64,000 bases of DNA from Octopus sinensis (GCF_006345805.1 NC_043017.1:30132001-30196000), one strand, 5' to 3'. Shown: positions 13,371-26,211, counted from the first letter of the stretch. The notes: generated by a model from the letters alone, not told the origin. Numbers and translations: made by a program.

Positions 13371-13381
13371 GTATGTACATT

Positions 13382-13563
13382 GGTGTAGGTGTGGCTGAGT
13401 GGCAAGTAGTTGCTTCTCAACAGCATGGTTCCAGGTTCAGTCCCGCAACGTTGTACCTTAGAGTTGTCTTCTACTATAGCTTCGGGTCGACCAAAATCTT
13501 GCGACTGGATTTGGTAGACGGAAACTGAAAGAAACCATTCGAGTGTGTGTATACACACACACG

Positions 13564-13619
<56 letters not shown>

Positions 13620-13837
13620 ATATGATTATGTGTCTGTGTATGTGGATGTCTTACAATAACCGCCTGACAACCGGTGTTGGTGTGTTTGTATAACTGTAAC
13701 GTAGTCGTTCGGCGAAAGAGAACCGATAGAATAAGTGCTACCTTAGGAAATATGTCCAGGGGCTTGATCTGTTCGACTGAAACGCTTGAAAGCAGTGCTC
13801 CAGCATGGTTGCATTCATATGAGTGAAACAGATAAAA
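13382..13837 (+). mobile_element. SINE family A, diverged copy
   Basis: Same head, body GGATTTGGTAGACGGAAACTGAAAGAA, central microsatellite and tail as the 62511 copy. Confidence 0.88.
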
Positions 13838-13959
13838 TACAGGAATATATATGCCCATAAGTGCCCTTTATATTTTATAGGAATTAGACCTATGGCACTG
13901 GAAATGGTGACTTACTATCGTGTTCACTGTACAACTGAGATGGTCGGGTACCCTTCTGT

Positions 13960-14070
13960 AGCGTCAGGGGGCGGGGTTGTTGGACGGAGGTATTCAGCAA
14001 GCCCGTTGGCCGATAGCAGTAGTGTGAATGAATTTCCTAGATGGCAACGGCTTGGAACGTCATTTCCGTG
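13960..14070. promoter_or_regulatory. Possible promoter-like motif cluster (GC box, RFX half-site, ETS-CRE-like)
   Basis: GGGGCGGGG ~13968-13976, ATGGCAAC 14041-14048 and ACGTCATTTCCG 14057-14068 in a locally GC/CpG-richer unique patch. Motifs only. Confidence 0.15.
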
Positions 14071-14570
14071 TGTTTTTGTGTGTATAAGAAACGAAGTGAG
14101 AGAAAGAGAGAAAGTGAGAACGAGAAAATGCGTGAGTGTATGCGTCTGTTTATGTGTGTGTCTATGTATTTATGTACACGTGTGCATGTGTATTCTTGCG
14201 CTCGTGTGCGAGTTAGACACTTCATACTTTACGGTTGGCTTGTTTTAAGTTATTACATCTTAGAATTTCAGAAATATCAGAAATATCAGATGAAAAAAAT
14301 AAGTATAAAATAGGAGCAATTAGCAAATTAGAAAATGTCAACGAGAGATGAAAATATTAACTATACTGGGGAGTAATGTTTATCGACACTTCTACATGGC
14401 TCTTCTGTAGGAACTGTCGTTAGTACAGTTTTAACCCTAGGATGAGTCGTTCCCATCTGTTTATTCGGCTATATTACAAACAAGGGAGCGAACTCCTACC
14501 ATAAAAAAATTACTCCTCAGTATAGTTACTACAGTAAAGCTTTTCCAATTTGTTTCTTGGAAGATTACTG

Positions 14571-14992
14571 GGATCATTTCAGTTTCAACGGCAGTTGTTT
14601 AAAATAGTTTCCACGTAACTAAACACTTTTAAACTTCGTATACTGGTAGAATGTGTTTATAAAACATCTTTTTCTCTTGGCTTTATTGAGAAAATTCTAT
14701 AGTTTGTAAGATATTTGTTGTTGCTTTTCATCAACTTCTGCAATTTCAGCTAATCAATGACGTCTATTTTTGGTGAAAACATTCTGTGCCGTATGAATTT
14801 GTCCCTCCTTTTAGAAACAGATTGGGTTTATTTACATTTGTGAAGAGTAAAAGATACCCTTCCCCCCACCCTAACCAACTCTAACACTAAAACATATTGA
14901 AATGCAACAGACCAATACTAGGGTCATAATTATGGGTGACAATTTCACATGACACCGGTAGAAAAAAACTGCCCTTCAAACCGAAAAGTTCT
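14571..14992. mobile_element. Non-autonomous DNA transposon (MITE) with ~29-bp imperfect TIRs and 8-bp TSD
   Basis: Left GGATCATTTCAGTTTCAACGGCAGTT, right AACTGCCCTTCAAACCGAAAAGTTCT. Flanks GATTACTG (14563-14570) and TATTACTG (14993-15000). Internal degenerate (CCCTAA)n. Confidence 0.75.
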
Positions 14993-15184
14993 TATTACTG
15001 ACTGTTTGTGAAATATTTTCTGCATAATGCGTACTGGAGCGAACTTCTGCTCTGTTTATCGGATGAGTATCCACAACCAAGGATGGACAGAAAGAGCTAG
15101 AAACCGCCGAAGGTCTGAGTGGTCACGTGGCTGGAAGAGGTGATGAATATTACTGTTAAGTATAAGATATATATTGGTTTCATG

Positions 15185-15290
15185 TTCAAGGGTGGAAGCA
15201 AGTCGATTACATCGATCTCAACTTATTTTATCGACAAGATGAAAGACAAAATCGAAGTCGGTGGCAATTTAACTCAGAGCATAAATGTAC
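15185..15290 (-). mobile_element. SINE family B, degenerate fragment
   Basis: GTCGATTACATCGA...TTTTATCGAC...GATGAAAG similarity to family B. Confidence 0.6.
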
Positions 15291-15410
15291 GAAATATATA
15301 TATTAACGTTTAATAAACATTAGTTTTATTGAAAGCTTTCAATTCGGAAATGACTATTGTCACAGTAAGAGTATTTAAACAAGGACAAGTCTGAAAGAAC
15401 ATGCATATAC

Positions 15411-15446
<36 letters not shown>

Positions 15447-15469
15447 AGAGAGAGAGTGATGTACTTGCA

Positions 15470-15655
15470 TAGCGAGTAGCATGATCTGAGATCATGTGCT
15501 GGAACGAAAACATTTGCAGCTTGGAAGGTGTTTATAAAGCATTTAAGAAGTACACAAAACCGTTAGATTCACTTCAACATTAAAATTTAATTTGTCAAAA
15601 TATTTTCGTCGCTTTGAGACCGCGACCTGTTCACTGACAAAACTGCGTGCTGCAT
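15470..15655 (-). mobile_element. Short interspersed element embedded in (TA)n; candidate Penelope-like-element terminal repeat or retrozyme-like unit
   Basis: About 185 bp of non-microsatellite sequence flanked on both sides by (TA)n/(GA)n/(CA)n and carrying a hammerhead fold. The PLE link is inference. Confidence 0.45.
15591..15641 (-). ncRNA. Candidate minimal type I hammerhead ribozyme, G3:C8 core variant
   Basis: Minus strand UUUGUCA-GUGAACA-G-GUCGC(GGUCUCAAA)GCGAC-GAAA-AUAUUU-UGACAAA: 7-bp stem I, 5-bp stem II, GAAA core and palindromic stem III AAUAUU. Confidence 0.55.
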
Positions 15656-15671
15656 ATGTGTGTGTATATAT

Positions 15672-15716
<45 letters not shown>

Positions 15717-15899
15717 CTCACATGAAATGTCTATTTTAAATGGGTTTCTTATGAGTCATCTATATATGGAATTTTAATGAGTTTCTATCTATATGCTCAT
15801 GTTTACTCTTAACTCTCTTTCTTTCGAGACAATATACTCTTATTCAAAATTGCTACCCAAAGCTCTTATGACAATGTTGACAAGTGAACAATACCGATT

Positions 15900-16790
15900 T
15901 TCTTATTCGAATACAAGTTGGGTAACACTGCCATCGAAGCGCTACAAAACATCAAGCGGCTTTCTGTTGACATTAAAACCGTTTAGAGATGGTTCCAACA
16001 ATTTAGTTCAGAAAATGAAAGCCTTAAAAATCAAACAAGAGAAGGACCAAAATCAGTAGTGGACATGGTGAATTGAATGCTTTGTTTAAACAAAACCCGA
16101 GATCGACTGTCCGAAAAATCGGATCAGAGCTCCAGACTTCTTCCGCAACTGCTTCTCCACACCTGAAGAAAACTGGAAAAGTCAAAAAGATGTATAGGTT
16201 TGTTCCCCATCAACTAAATGAGATTCAAAGAAACAGAAACCGTACAGTTGTTACCTGATGATATCATGGAAAGGGAACCATTTTTGTATCGATTCATTAC
16301 GTGTGATTAGAAATGGATACTCTTCAATAACAGCAGGAGGACAGGGCAGTGGCTAGATGCAGGAGAATCACCAAAACACTCCCCAAAACCATGCATGAGT
16401 TGTGAATAAAGATGGCCCAATTTTGCTTCATGATAATGCACGGCCTCACACTTTTCAAGATACAGTCCACAAGTTGCAAAGTCTAAATTATGAAATTTTG
16501 GCACGTTTCCCTTATTTTCCTGATATCTCCCCTACTGATTATCACATATTTAAACACTTCGAGCTTGCTATAAGAAATAAAACATTCTTAAATAAGGGAA
16601 GCATTTGAACAGTTTATCAGTGTTAAAGATAACAATGCTTTGAAGATAGAATATACCTTAGAGGAAAGTTGGATGAAGGTCAAAAATGAAAAAGGGTCAT
16701 ACTTTGATTAAATAAACAAATATTCTAAAGCTCAAAAAAGACCATTTAAATATTTCCTTTTTCCAATGCGACATTTTATGTGAGTAACCA
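15900..16790 (+). mobile_element. Decayed, internally deleted mariner transposon
   Basis: RWFQQF, NPRSTVRKI...KVKKMYRFVPHQL, FLYRFITCD*KWILFNN, PILLHDNARPHT and YFPDISPTDYHIFKHF (mariner WVPHEL, D..D and YSPDLAP motifs). Confidence 0.92.
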
Positions 16791-17809
16791 TATATTTATC
16801 CGTATGGGTGCGGTATACTAGTTGATGTATTGGTAAGTGTAACAGTTTGAATTCTATCTTATACTTAACTAGTTTTATTTAGCAGTAAGATTTGTCTCTA
16901 GATAGTGACACCTCGCTCGGTTGGTTTAAAAGCTCCATACTTATATACCCGAGCCATTTTGCTTAGACGTCTTGCGATTGTTGCATATTGGACAACATCG
17001 AAAATCTCTGCAGCCAACCACCAGATATATATATTTCGAGTTGCCAATTTCCCATTCATACATTACTATTTGTTTGTCCATGCACGATGTAATGCGGACG
17101 ATCTCAATTATTTTTTTTTTAGAGTTGTGGAGTTCTTCCTTCTGTTTCAATTCTAACATCAGTTGTGCCAAATTGCTTTCGTTGCATAACGAATAATTTT
17201 CTCTCCACGTGTGCTCCAAAGATCTTACAAGCTGTCGGTTATTAACGCCGAGGCGAAATTAAGTGACTATGCATTGATAAGTTTAGGTTATGAGGGTAGT
17301 TGGCTACAGATAATATTACTTCTTTTACACTTCATCATGATTGATTTTCTTTCGTAAATTATTTCTCCCGGCAGGTTAAGTTTCAATTAGAATTATGCTA
17401 CGTTAAATTACCCGGCTATACTCTTTACTGCCTGTACTGTGGTACCTGTTATTGCATTCGGCCGTAATGGGCCTCATTACTGCAATGGATATGGTAGCTA
17501 TGAAGGCGGTGGCGGCGGCGGTGGTGTTGATGGTTGTTAAATTCGAGATAAACTAACAATTTAGACGGCAAAAGTACTAAAGCATAGCTAACAAATCCAG
17601 TGTCTAACGGCACTGGTAACTTTAGCAGCAAAGCAGTAAAAAGGAGAAAAAATTTGCAATTTAACAGATTTCTAAACAAATCGAAAGTTGAGTGCGATTC
17701 AAATGGATATATTACTGGTACCAAAACAAGAACTATATAAATAATAATATCAATAACAACAGTAATAATATTAATATTAATAATAATAATAACAATCTAA
17801 TATAACCCT

Positions 17810-18022
17810 TTCTACTGGAGGCACAAGGCCTCAGATGTGGGGAGAGGGGACTAATTGATTATATGAACCCCAGTGTTTCAATGATACTTAGTTTATCAAA
17901 TCGAAATGATGAAAGGTAAAGTCGACCTTGGCGGAGTTTGAAATCAGAGCGTTGCGACAGGCGAAAATACTGGTAAGCATTTTTGCCCGGTGTGCTATCA
18001 GCCTTGTCAGCTCGCCGCCTTC
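17810..18022 (-). mobile_element. SINE family B
   Basis: Reverse complement of GGCGGCGAGCTGAC...CCAAGGTCGACTTTACCTTTCATC. Confidence 0.85.
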
Positions 18023-18039
18023 TATAATAATGAAATATA

Positions 18040-18523
18040 ACGATAAGTGTGGTGCATCTTTTCACAGAGTCTGCATTTCTGGGTGTCTGAAGTCCTGTAG
18101 ATGTTATACCTCATTGAATTGGTAGCGAGTGTCTGGTCTTGGGCAGTAATGATCAGGCGTTCTGTGGTACGCTTCAAATACCCTCGTTCAAGCAATTCCC
18201 ACGATCCTGTATTATAATTAATAACGTTTTTTATATTCCTATGAAACTCTTCGTAAGGTCTTCTTTCCTCTTTTCCTCAGCTCTTTCGTTAAACTGTTCC
18301 TTGCCCATCAATTCATCCGCATTTCTTACCGTATCTTTCGCGACATAATGCGGTAGGTTTTCATCGCTATTTATAATTACTCGGAACGCTTTCCCCTTTC
18401 ACTCCTTATATAATGGTCTATACTAATTAGTCCTACGCTATCATCTTTCTTGTCATATACAGTCTGTTTACGTTTGCTTTAGGGTGTAGCCACCTACACA
18501 GTGTCCTCAATTTCTTGTGGTGC

Positions 18524-18561
<38 letters not shown>

Positions 18562-18675
18562 ACATATATATATGTATGTGTGTGTACATATATATGTGTG
18601 TGTGTGTGTACATATATATGTGTGTGTGTATATGTACATATATATGTGTGTGTGTGTGTGTATATATATGTATAT

Positions 18676-18723
<48 letters not shown>

Positions 18724-18874
18724 ATATATATATCATGTGTGTGTGTGTGTGTGTGTACATATATATATGTATGTGTGTGTACATATATATATATGTGTGT
18801 GTGTGTACATATATATGTGTGTGTGTATATGTACATATATATATGTGTGTGTGTGTATATATGTATATATACAC

Positions 18875-18907
<33 letters not shown>

Positions 18908-19460
18908 AGTGGTAATATTTCCTCCTTAGTCCATTTGAGGTTGGACGCGCTATATCTGACCACCTCAATTCTCCAGATATTCCTTGCGGTAATCAAATTT
19001 TAATATTCAAGCTGCATTTCAACACCATCTTCAGCCTTTTTTGATAATGCCTCGCTGACCTTGACTTTCATTTCTCTATGTAGAATGCCATCGAGCTCCG
19101 AAACCCTTAAACATCTATACCCACTACCGTCATGTTCACCCATGGTCTCTCCTGATGGTAACCGCAAACTTCTGAAGGCTGCTTTCTTCCCTCTTTTCAT
19201 ATTAAGTACTCAGCATTTGGTAATCCCAAATTCCATACCGGTGTCTCTACCATACGTCTGGACTGTTTTGGCTAAGGAATCTATCTTTTCTTTCAGATTT
19301 CTCCAACAATTTCAGGTCATCCATAAACAGAAGATGCTTCAATGATGACCCTTTCTTTCCACATTGGTAACCCATCTTAACTTTCCTAAGTATCATATCT
19401 ATACCCACTACCGACGGCTTCACCCATGGCTTCTCCTGACGGTAACCGCAAACCTCTGAT
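18040..19460 (-). mobile_element. 5'-truncated R4/Dong-type non-LTR retrotransposon RT remnant, split by a (TA/TG)n array at ~18525-18905
   Basis: [49 protein letters not shown] and [15 protein letters not shown]. The YMDD-type RT and downstream motifs are typical of the R4 clade, and the flanks are (AAT)n. Confidence 0.85.
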
Positions 19461-19890
19461 AATAATAATAATAATAATAATAATAGTTACTACTAGTAAT
19501 ACAATCATTATTATTACTGTTATTGCTATTATTATCATTGCTATTATTATTATTATCAATATCATTATTACTATTATTATTATTATCATTATTATTATTA
19601 CTATTATCATTATCATTATTATTATTATCATTATTATTATTATTATAATATTATTATTACTATTATTATTTTATTATTATTACTATTATTATTATGATTA
19701 CTATTATTATTACTATTATTATTATTATCATTATTACTATTATTATTATTATCATTATTATTATTATTATTATTATTACTACTATTATTATCATTATTAT
19801 GATTACTATTATTATTATTACTATTATTATTATTAACATTATTACTACTATTATTACTATTACTATTATTATTATTATTATTTATTACTA
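19460..19890. repeat. (AAT)n followed by long degenerate (ATT)n microsatellite
   Basis: Direct inspection; the poly-I/Y/N ORFs are artefacts. Confidence 0.95.
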
Positions 19891-20214
19891 AACCTCGAAA
19901 TATCTTGCTGAACATCTTACGACATCGTCACTCCCGCTCTACCATCCCTTATACAGAATTATTAACCTCAAAGAAAGATATCTGGCGGGTTTCAATTCAC
20001 AATTGGCAAAGTTTCACTGACGTTGCTAATGACCTACAGAAAGACGTGAACGTCGCAACATCCTGTTTCCTGAACAGAATTGTGGTTCGTTGCCAATACA
20101 ATGTTTAAACAAATATTATTTAAACAATGACCCCACCTGTACATTAACGTTCTACTCATATACACACATGAATTCATATAAACCACATACAATTTATATA
20201 CAATCTCATCTCAC

Positions 20215-20292
20215 CAATATATATATATATATATAATATATATATATATGCATACACATATTTACACGCACTACGAACATATTTGTAACGTG

Positions 20293-20324
<32 letters not shown>

Positions 20325-20414
20325 CATACATATATATATATACGCATACACATATTTATAACGTGTATATATATATATATATACATACATATATATATAT
20401 GTATACATACACAC

Positions 20415-20445
<31 letters not shown>

Positions 20446-20619
20446 TATATACACACACATATATATATATATATATACAACACACATATATATATATATA
20501 TATACACACATATATATATACACACATATAATATATATATATATACACACACACATATATATACACACATATATATATATATATACACACACATATATAT
20601 ATATACACACATATATATA

Positions 20620-20653
<34 letters not shown>

Positions 20654-20780
20654 CACACACATATGTATATACACACACACATGTATATACACACACACAC
20701 ACATATATATATATACACACATTTATATATATACATATATATATATACACATTTATATATGTATATGTATGTATGTATAT
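20215..20780. repeat. Compound (TA)n/(CA)n microsatellite
   Basis: Direct inspection. Confidence 0.95.
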
Positions 20781-21454
20781 ATACATAGAAACCACACATG
20801 CATATTTACGCATACGTAGTCACAAACATAAGCACGTGATGCTGTCTGGATGCATCAGTCGACCAATGAGAAGAAACATAAATTCAAATAGAGAGAACGA
20901 AATCAAAACGAAAATAGATATGGTGTTCTTATTTCTAAAATATAATTGTTTTTATTATTTCTTACAACCATCATCATTATCGTCGTTATTATTATCATCA
21001 TCATCATCAGTATTATTACTGTTATTATTATTATTATTATCTTTTAGTTTGGAGTTTTTAAGATTATAGTTTTGACGATCGAATATCATTATAGCCATCG
21101 ATTTTCGTTGGCTTTGTATACAGCACTAAGCAATCAATTGAAATCGATCGTTTTCTCGAAACCACCAGAAGACAATGCGTTTATCGACTCACTCAAACCG
21201 TCGTAAGAAATTGAGAGAAAAAAGTGAGAGAACTCCGAAATAGAAATGGATGCTTCTAAAGGCATTAGACATCTGTGGAATAAATTTTGGTAATGGAATG
21301 GATAATAATGTCTATACGTACAAACTTAGAGAGCTGCAAGTACACGCGTACATACATTTATGTATAAATGGCTGCATATGAATGTGTGTGTCTAAGTATA
21401 TTGTTTGTATGTGTATACATCATGAAGCACATGTGTGCATTTTGTATACATATA

Positions 21455-21640
21455 TGTATATATATATATTTGTAGTTGTGTGTGTGTCAATATATACATA
21501 TATTATATATATTTGTCGTTGTGTGTTTATCAATATATATATATATATATCTATATATTTGTAGTTGTGTGTTTATCAATATATATATATGTATATATAT
21601 ATATATTTGTAGTTGTGTGTTTCTCAATATATATATGCAT
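21455..21640. repeat. Minisatellite of ~40-45 bp unit (ATATTTGTAGTTGTGTGTTTATCAATATAT...)
   Basis: About four to five imperfect tandem copies. Confidence 0.8.
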
Positions 21641-22639
21641 ATACATATGTGTACATGTATGTATCAAAAGATTGAGAGAGTGGTGGGTGTGTTACATAAA
21701 GAAAAACTGGCGTGTGGCTTAAGTCATAAACGTGTAATGCATTAATCCGTTTTATGTTGATGCAGTTTTTCTTGTACAAACAAATCGGAGTTTTTGTCGA
21801 AAGAAAATGAAAAACAGTAAAGTTACTTTGCTAAATTCGGCTGTCATGAACTTTCGGTCATATGTGGCCAAATGTCAGAATGTTACACCATACTTTTTGT
21901 TCTAGAATGATTTCTTTCTCAATAATGTATTCAAAATGGCCCTAAACAAAACAACACCAAAACAGTAAATTTAAAGAAGTAGCTGTTATTTTAAGTTTAA
22001 CTGAAATGTGTTATGGATGGACAATATTGAAGTAAGGACAATTTTTCTTTAACGCTAAAGTCGATGCGTGCATGGATGACGATTTGCGTCTATCGTAACA
22101 TAAGTATTCAAACTTAAAATATGCCTCCATCCACACGCTGACGATCGAATCACGAATCGATGTCTATACGTGCGATTTTTCTTCTTCTTCAAAGTGTTGA
22201 ACTTTTTGTTTTCTTAATCTTTGAATTTATAACTTTAGAAACTGTTTAAATCTTACCAGCTACGTTTCAAGCATTTTTTGATTCAAACAGCATTCTATCA
22301 AATTTTATAAAATGTATGTATGCAAGCGAGAACATTGAGACGGTTTTTTATGTTAATCAGGATATAACAGTAATATATCTTTTCCAGGTCTTTGAAGGAA
22401 AGTATTGCCTAAACGTTCCCATTTTGTGATGACTATGTCAGTAAATAGCTTACATGTAAAATTTAATGATAAGTAGAAAATCTCACAACTTTGTTGCGAT
22501 AGTAACGTTTTAAGGGCAGAAAGAATGTAAATTATATTACCATTTAAGCATTGATACAAGATCACATATGTTGGAAAGAGAGTAAATTCAAACGAATACG
22601 TCCTACTATAGTGATGTCAAATTTTGGCAAAATGCTAGC

Positions 22640-22822
22640 AATTTTGGGTGAGTGACTAAATTGATTTCATCGATCCCAGTGCTCAACAGGTAATTATTTG
22701 ATCGATCGACCCCGAAAGGATGAAAAGCACAGCTCACCTCGGTGAAAATTTCAGCTCAAAATGAAAAAACTGACGAAATGCCACTAAACATTTTGAGCTA
22801 AAGATTGTCCCAGCTCACCGCC
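22640..22822 (-). mobile_element. SINE family B, degenerate
   Basis: CGACCCCGAAAGGATGAAAAG and head remnant CAGCTCACCGCC. Confidence 0.75.
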
Positions 22823-25394
22823 AATACCTATTTAAACACATCGGGGTTATACGGAATTTATTCAATCCCGTAATTTATTCAGTTCATAATACTTCTAAAC
22901 CTGTTGCACAATAAATGATTTGCAATGTTTCATCATGTTAGTTTACTTACGAAGATGAAATCCCATGTTCCATATTTTCATCGGATATGGTAACAAAAAA
23001 AAAGCAATACTATGTCTCATTGAAGTTTAGCATCAGTTTGATTGTTTTTAATCCTTTAGTATTTACAATTAATTATAAATGTTTGTTCACATTGTTTTGA
23101 ATCAACCAGGAATTATCCCTTTTAATGCTTTGATTATATATATTTAAGAAAGACATTGTAGAGTTGGTGTGACAGGCGAGATGTGTCGAGTTTGAACATA
23201 AAACGCTTAAAATATTTGGGTCTAATGTGGACAGTTAAGATACTGAAGTGTTAAGTGTGTGTGCCGTCATCAGGTATATGTCATTCAATGCAAAATCTGA
23301 TACGCCTCTCTACACATTTAATACAGTACAATATGAAGCGCAAAAGATTAAGCTACTATTTCCACCAAATCGAGTGACCACATAAAGGTTCCTTCTTTGG
23401 CTCGAAGTACCTATAGCGGTCGATTTAATTGGTTACTCTCTCTCCTTAAAAATTTTGTCCATGTGTCAAAGTAAGAAATCAATATTGAGTAATATCTGTT
23501 AACGGTCTAGGTACAACTCCTGCCAAGCCATCATTTCTGCCATCCAACGATTTTAGAGTGAATTTAGAATAATGAGTTCTTCCTTTGGATCTATGCCACA
23601 TATTTTTCCATATAGTATAGTTGACTGGAACTTAGTTTATTGAAGTTGCAAAATGGTAAGTACAAAGCCAACTCCTGTGGGTACGAACTTCAGAACCTGG
23701 GTGCACGTAAATAAAATTATTCCACCCAACAAAGTACAATTGCATATATATATATATATATATATATAAATACACACACACGTAGACAAGCACACACACA
23801 CACACACACACACATATATACATGTATGTATATATGCTAGGAATGGATCTATAATTGTTTTATAGACACTCTAAGGAGGAAAGTGTAAGGTTACCTTCAT
23901 TGGTAATTGAACACTTAGTTAAATGCTTCTTGCTAATTCGTTGCAAATCTCTCTGAGTACTAGAAATTGGCAGGGAATTATGGCATCTACTGCTTAAGAT
24001 GGGATCTGAATTCACTAATTCTCCGAATGTACTTAACTAAGAGTCAATCTTCAATCTCACGGACGAATAAAATTACCCTCTCTAATGCAGAAACCCGGCC
24101 AAATTTCTTTGCAATATTTGGAGTTTTGGTCGATGTAATTGACATCAACTTTTCACTGAGGTTTTATGTTGTCAACGCCAGCTGATTCAAGTTAAGGAGA
24201 ATTCCGAGCTCAAATCTGAGGCAACGAGAACAGATGTCTAGGGAAGTTTTATCTGACAACTCAAAGAATTCTACGAGACTACCGCATCTGCAGGTAGTAA
24301 AATGATTTTCTGAAACAGATATTATCTTTGGCATTTAAATCGAAGTATTTTTTATATTTCGGGATGGACATTCTTCTTTGCCAAAGATACACACATACTA
24401 TTTTCTTGTCCTTCGCTTTAGCTTTATTCTAGGAGAGGACACATATGGGATGGAGAGTCTCTGAAATGATCACAGAATGTATGACGAATAATTTCAGACA
24501 AGAGATGCTGAAATAAAAACAATAATAGAGCTAATGGGAAGAATGAATGTATAGTGCGTGTATTTATTCGGCAGAAAAAGAAAACAAATTACCATCGTAA
24601 AATATACCAATATCTGCTTCCGCACAAAATTTCACACCAGGGAACTTGCAGATCAAATAAACAAATCTAAACCCAAGAACACGACCATAATCTTTACTAA
24701 TATTTAATTGTTATGGTTCCTATCGACATCACAATAATTTGAAAACGATGTCGACCTCGACGAGATTTGAACACTGAACTAAGAGTAACGGTTTAAATGA
24801 CAAAATTCATTCCCTTTGCATTTTGGATGAATCTGCGGATCGGCAAAGGAGGTGATGAAATAAGTACAAGGCTTTGTGACAAAGAAAAGGAAAGTACAAG
24901 GAGAGATTCACTCGACAATATACTAAATCTGAAATTCTTCAAAGCGGTGCCGCAATATAATGAATATAACAAGTGAAAGATAAAGTATAAGAATATATCA
25001 ATTCCTCGGAAGGGAAACATACTCGCTAATCATAGATGTAAGTAGTAGCAGCAGTAGTAGTAGTAGTTGCAGCAGCAGTAATAGTAATAGTAGTAGTAGT
25101 AGTAGTGATTGCACAAAAATCTGGTCGAAAGCTGTTCAATTATTTCACACGTGAATATATTTATTCTTTTGTAAGAAAGGAATGTTTGTGTGGATGCCAA
25201 AATTATAAGAAAAGTTCACTAAGTCGCAAAAAACAGTGGAATTAAAACCGAGCAGGTTAGAAACACATACTCATGGCTAAATTATCACAAAGAATCGAAC
25301 CTAATTTTGAATGCTAACAATCCACTGCACATATCATTACCTTATCACATTAAGCATTGGCCTATAAAAGATTAACGACAATAGATATATTCTT

Positions 25395-25815
25395 CATATT
25401 TGCCGGCCAAAATTCTTAGCGACAGCTTGTTTGTCCTCGTGTGTTTCGTTCAAATTCCGATGTGATCAACTTTGGCTTTCATTGTTTCGGGGTCGAAGAA
25501 ATAAGTAGCAGTTTAACATAGGGGTCGATATCACTGACCTACCCTTCTCTCGAAATTGTTGGTCTTCTTCCAGCATTTGAAACCAATAGTATTAAGGTGT
25601 ACTAAGGTGACCAGGTAACGGAATTGTTTACTCGCGGGGCAAAAAAATTAGCGTCATTTCGTTCATCTATTAGTTCTGAGTTCAATTTCCGCCGACGTCT
25701 ACTTTCCTTTTCATCCTTTCTGGTTCCATAAAACGTGTATTAGTTGGAAACAGAGATCGATGTAATGGAGTTACCTACTGAGAATTTCTAACCTTCTGCC
25801 GAAGTTTGAAACCAA
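25395..25815 (+). mobile_element. Two tandem degenerate SINE family B copies
   Basis: GTTCAAATTCC...GGGGTCGA at ~25450-25530 and GAGTTCAATTTCCGCCGACGTC...TCATCCTTTC at ~25680-25720. Confidence 0.7.
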
Positions 25816-26211
25816 TTTCTTATTCCACACTTTCATTTTAAATACAAATTTATTTTGCAAAACGCTACATTTATCAATCTTATTTCAGTTTCTATCAATT
25901 TTTTTTTCATTTTACTTTCACATATTTATGTGGATAAATACATAAATACTTATTGCTACCTAAATATATAGATATATTTTATAGCATAATAAATTTAGTT
26001 CATTGTTATATTTAAACTATTATTTACCACAATGTATTTTAGAGTTAATGTATCAGTATATCACAATGCAATAAATCACCATGTGTGTGTTCTCGTATTT
26101 CTAAGTAGGCACTGCGCACATACATACATTCATACATACAGAAATATTATGCGTATGCATGTGTACGACATCCATGCTTAACTGCATATATGTCATATAT
26201 ACATATATGTA

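Noticed and set aside
16930-17220. Possible Tigger/pogo HTH remnant (minus-strand GGWLQRF)
   Set aside because: Single short motif, no DDE region or TIRs seen.
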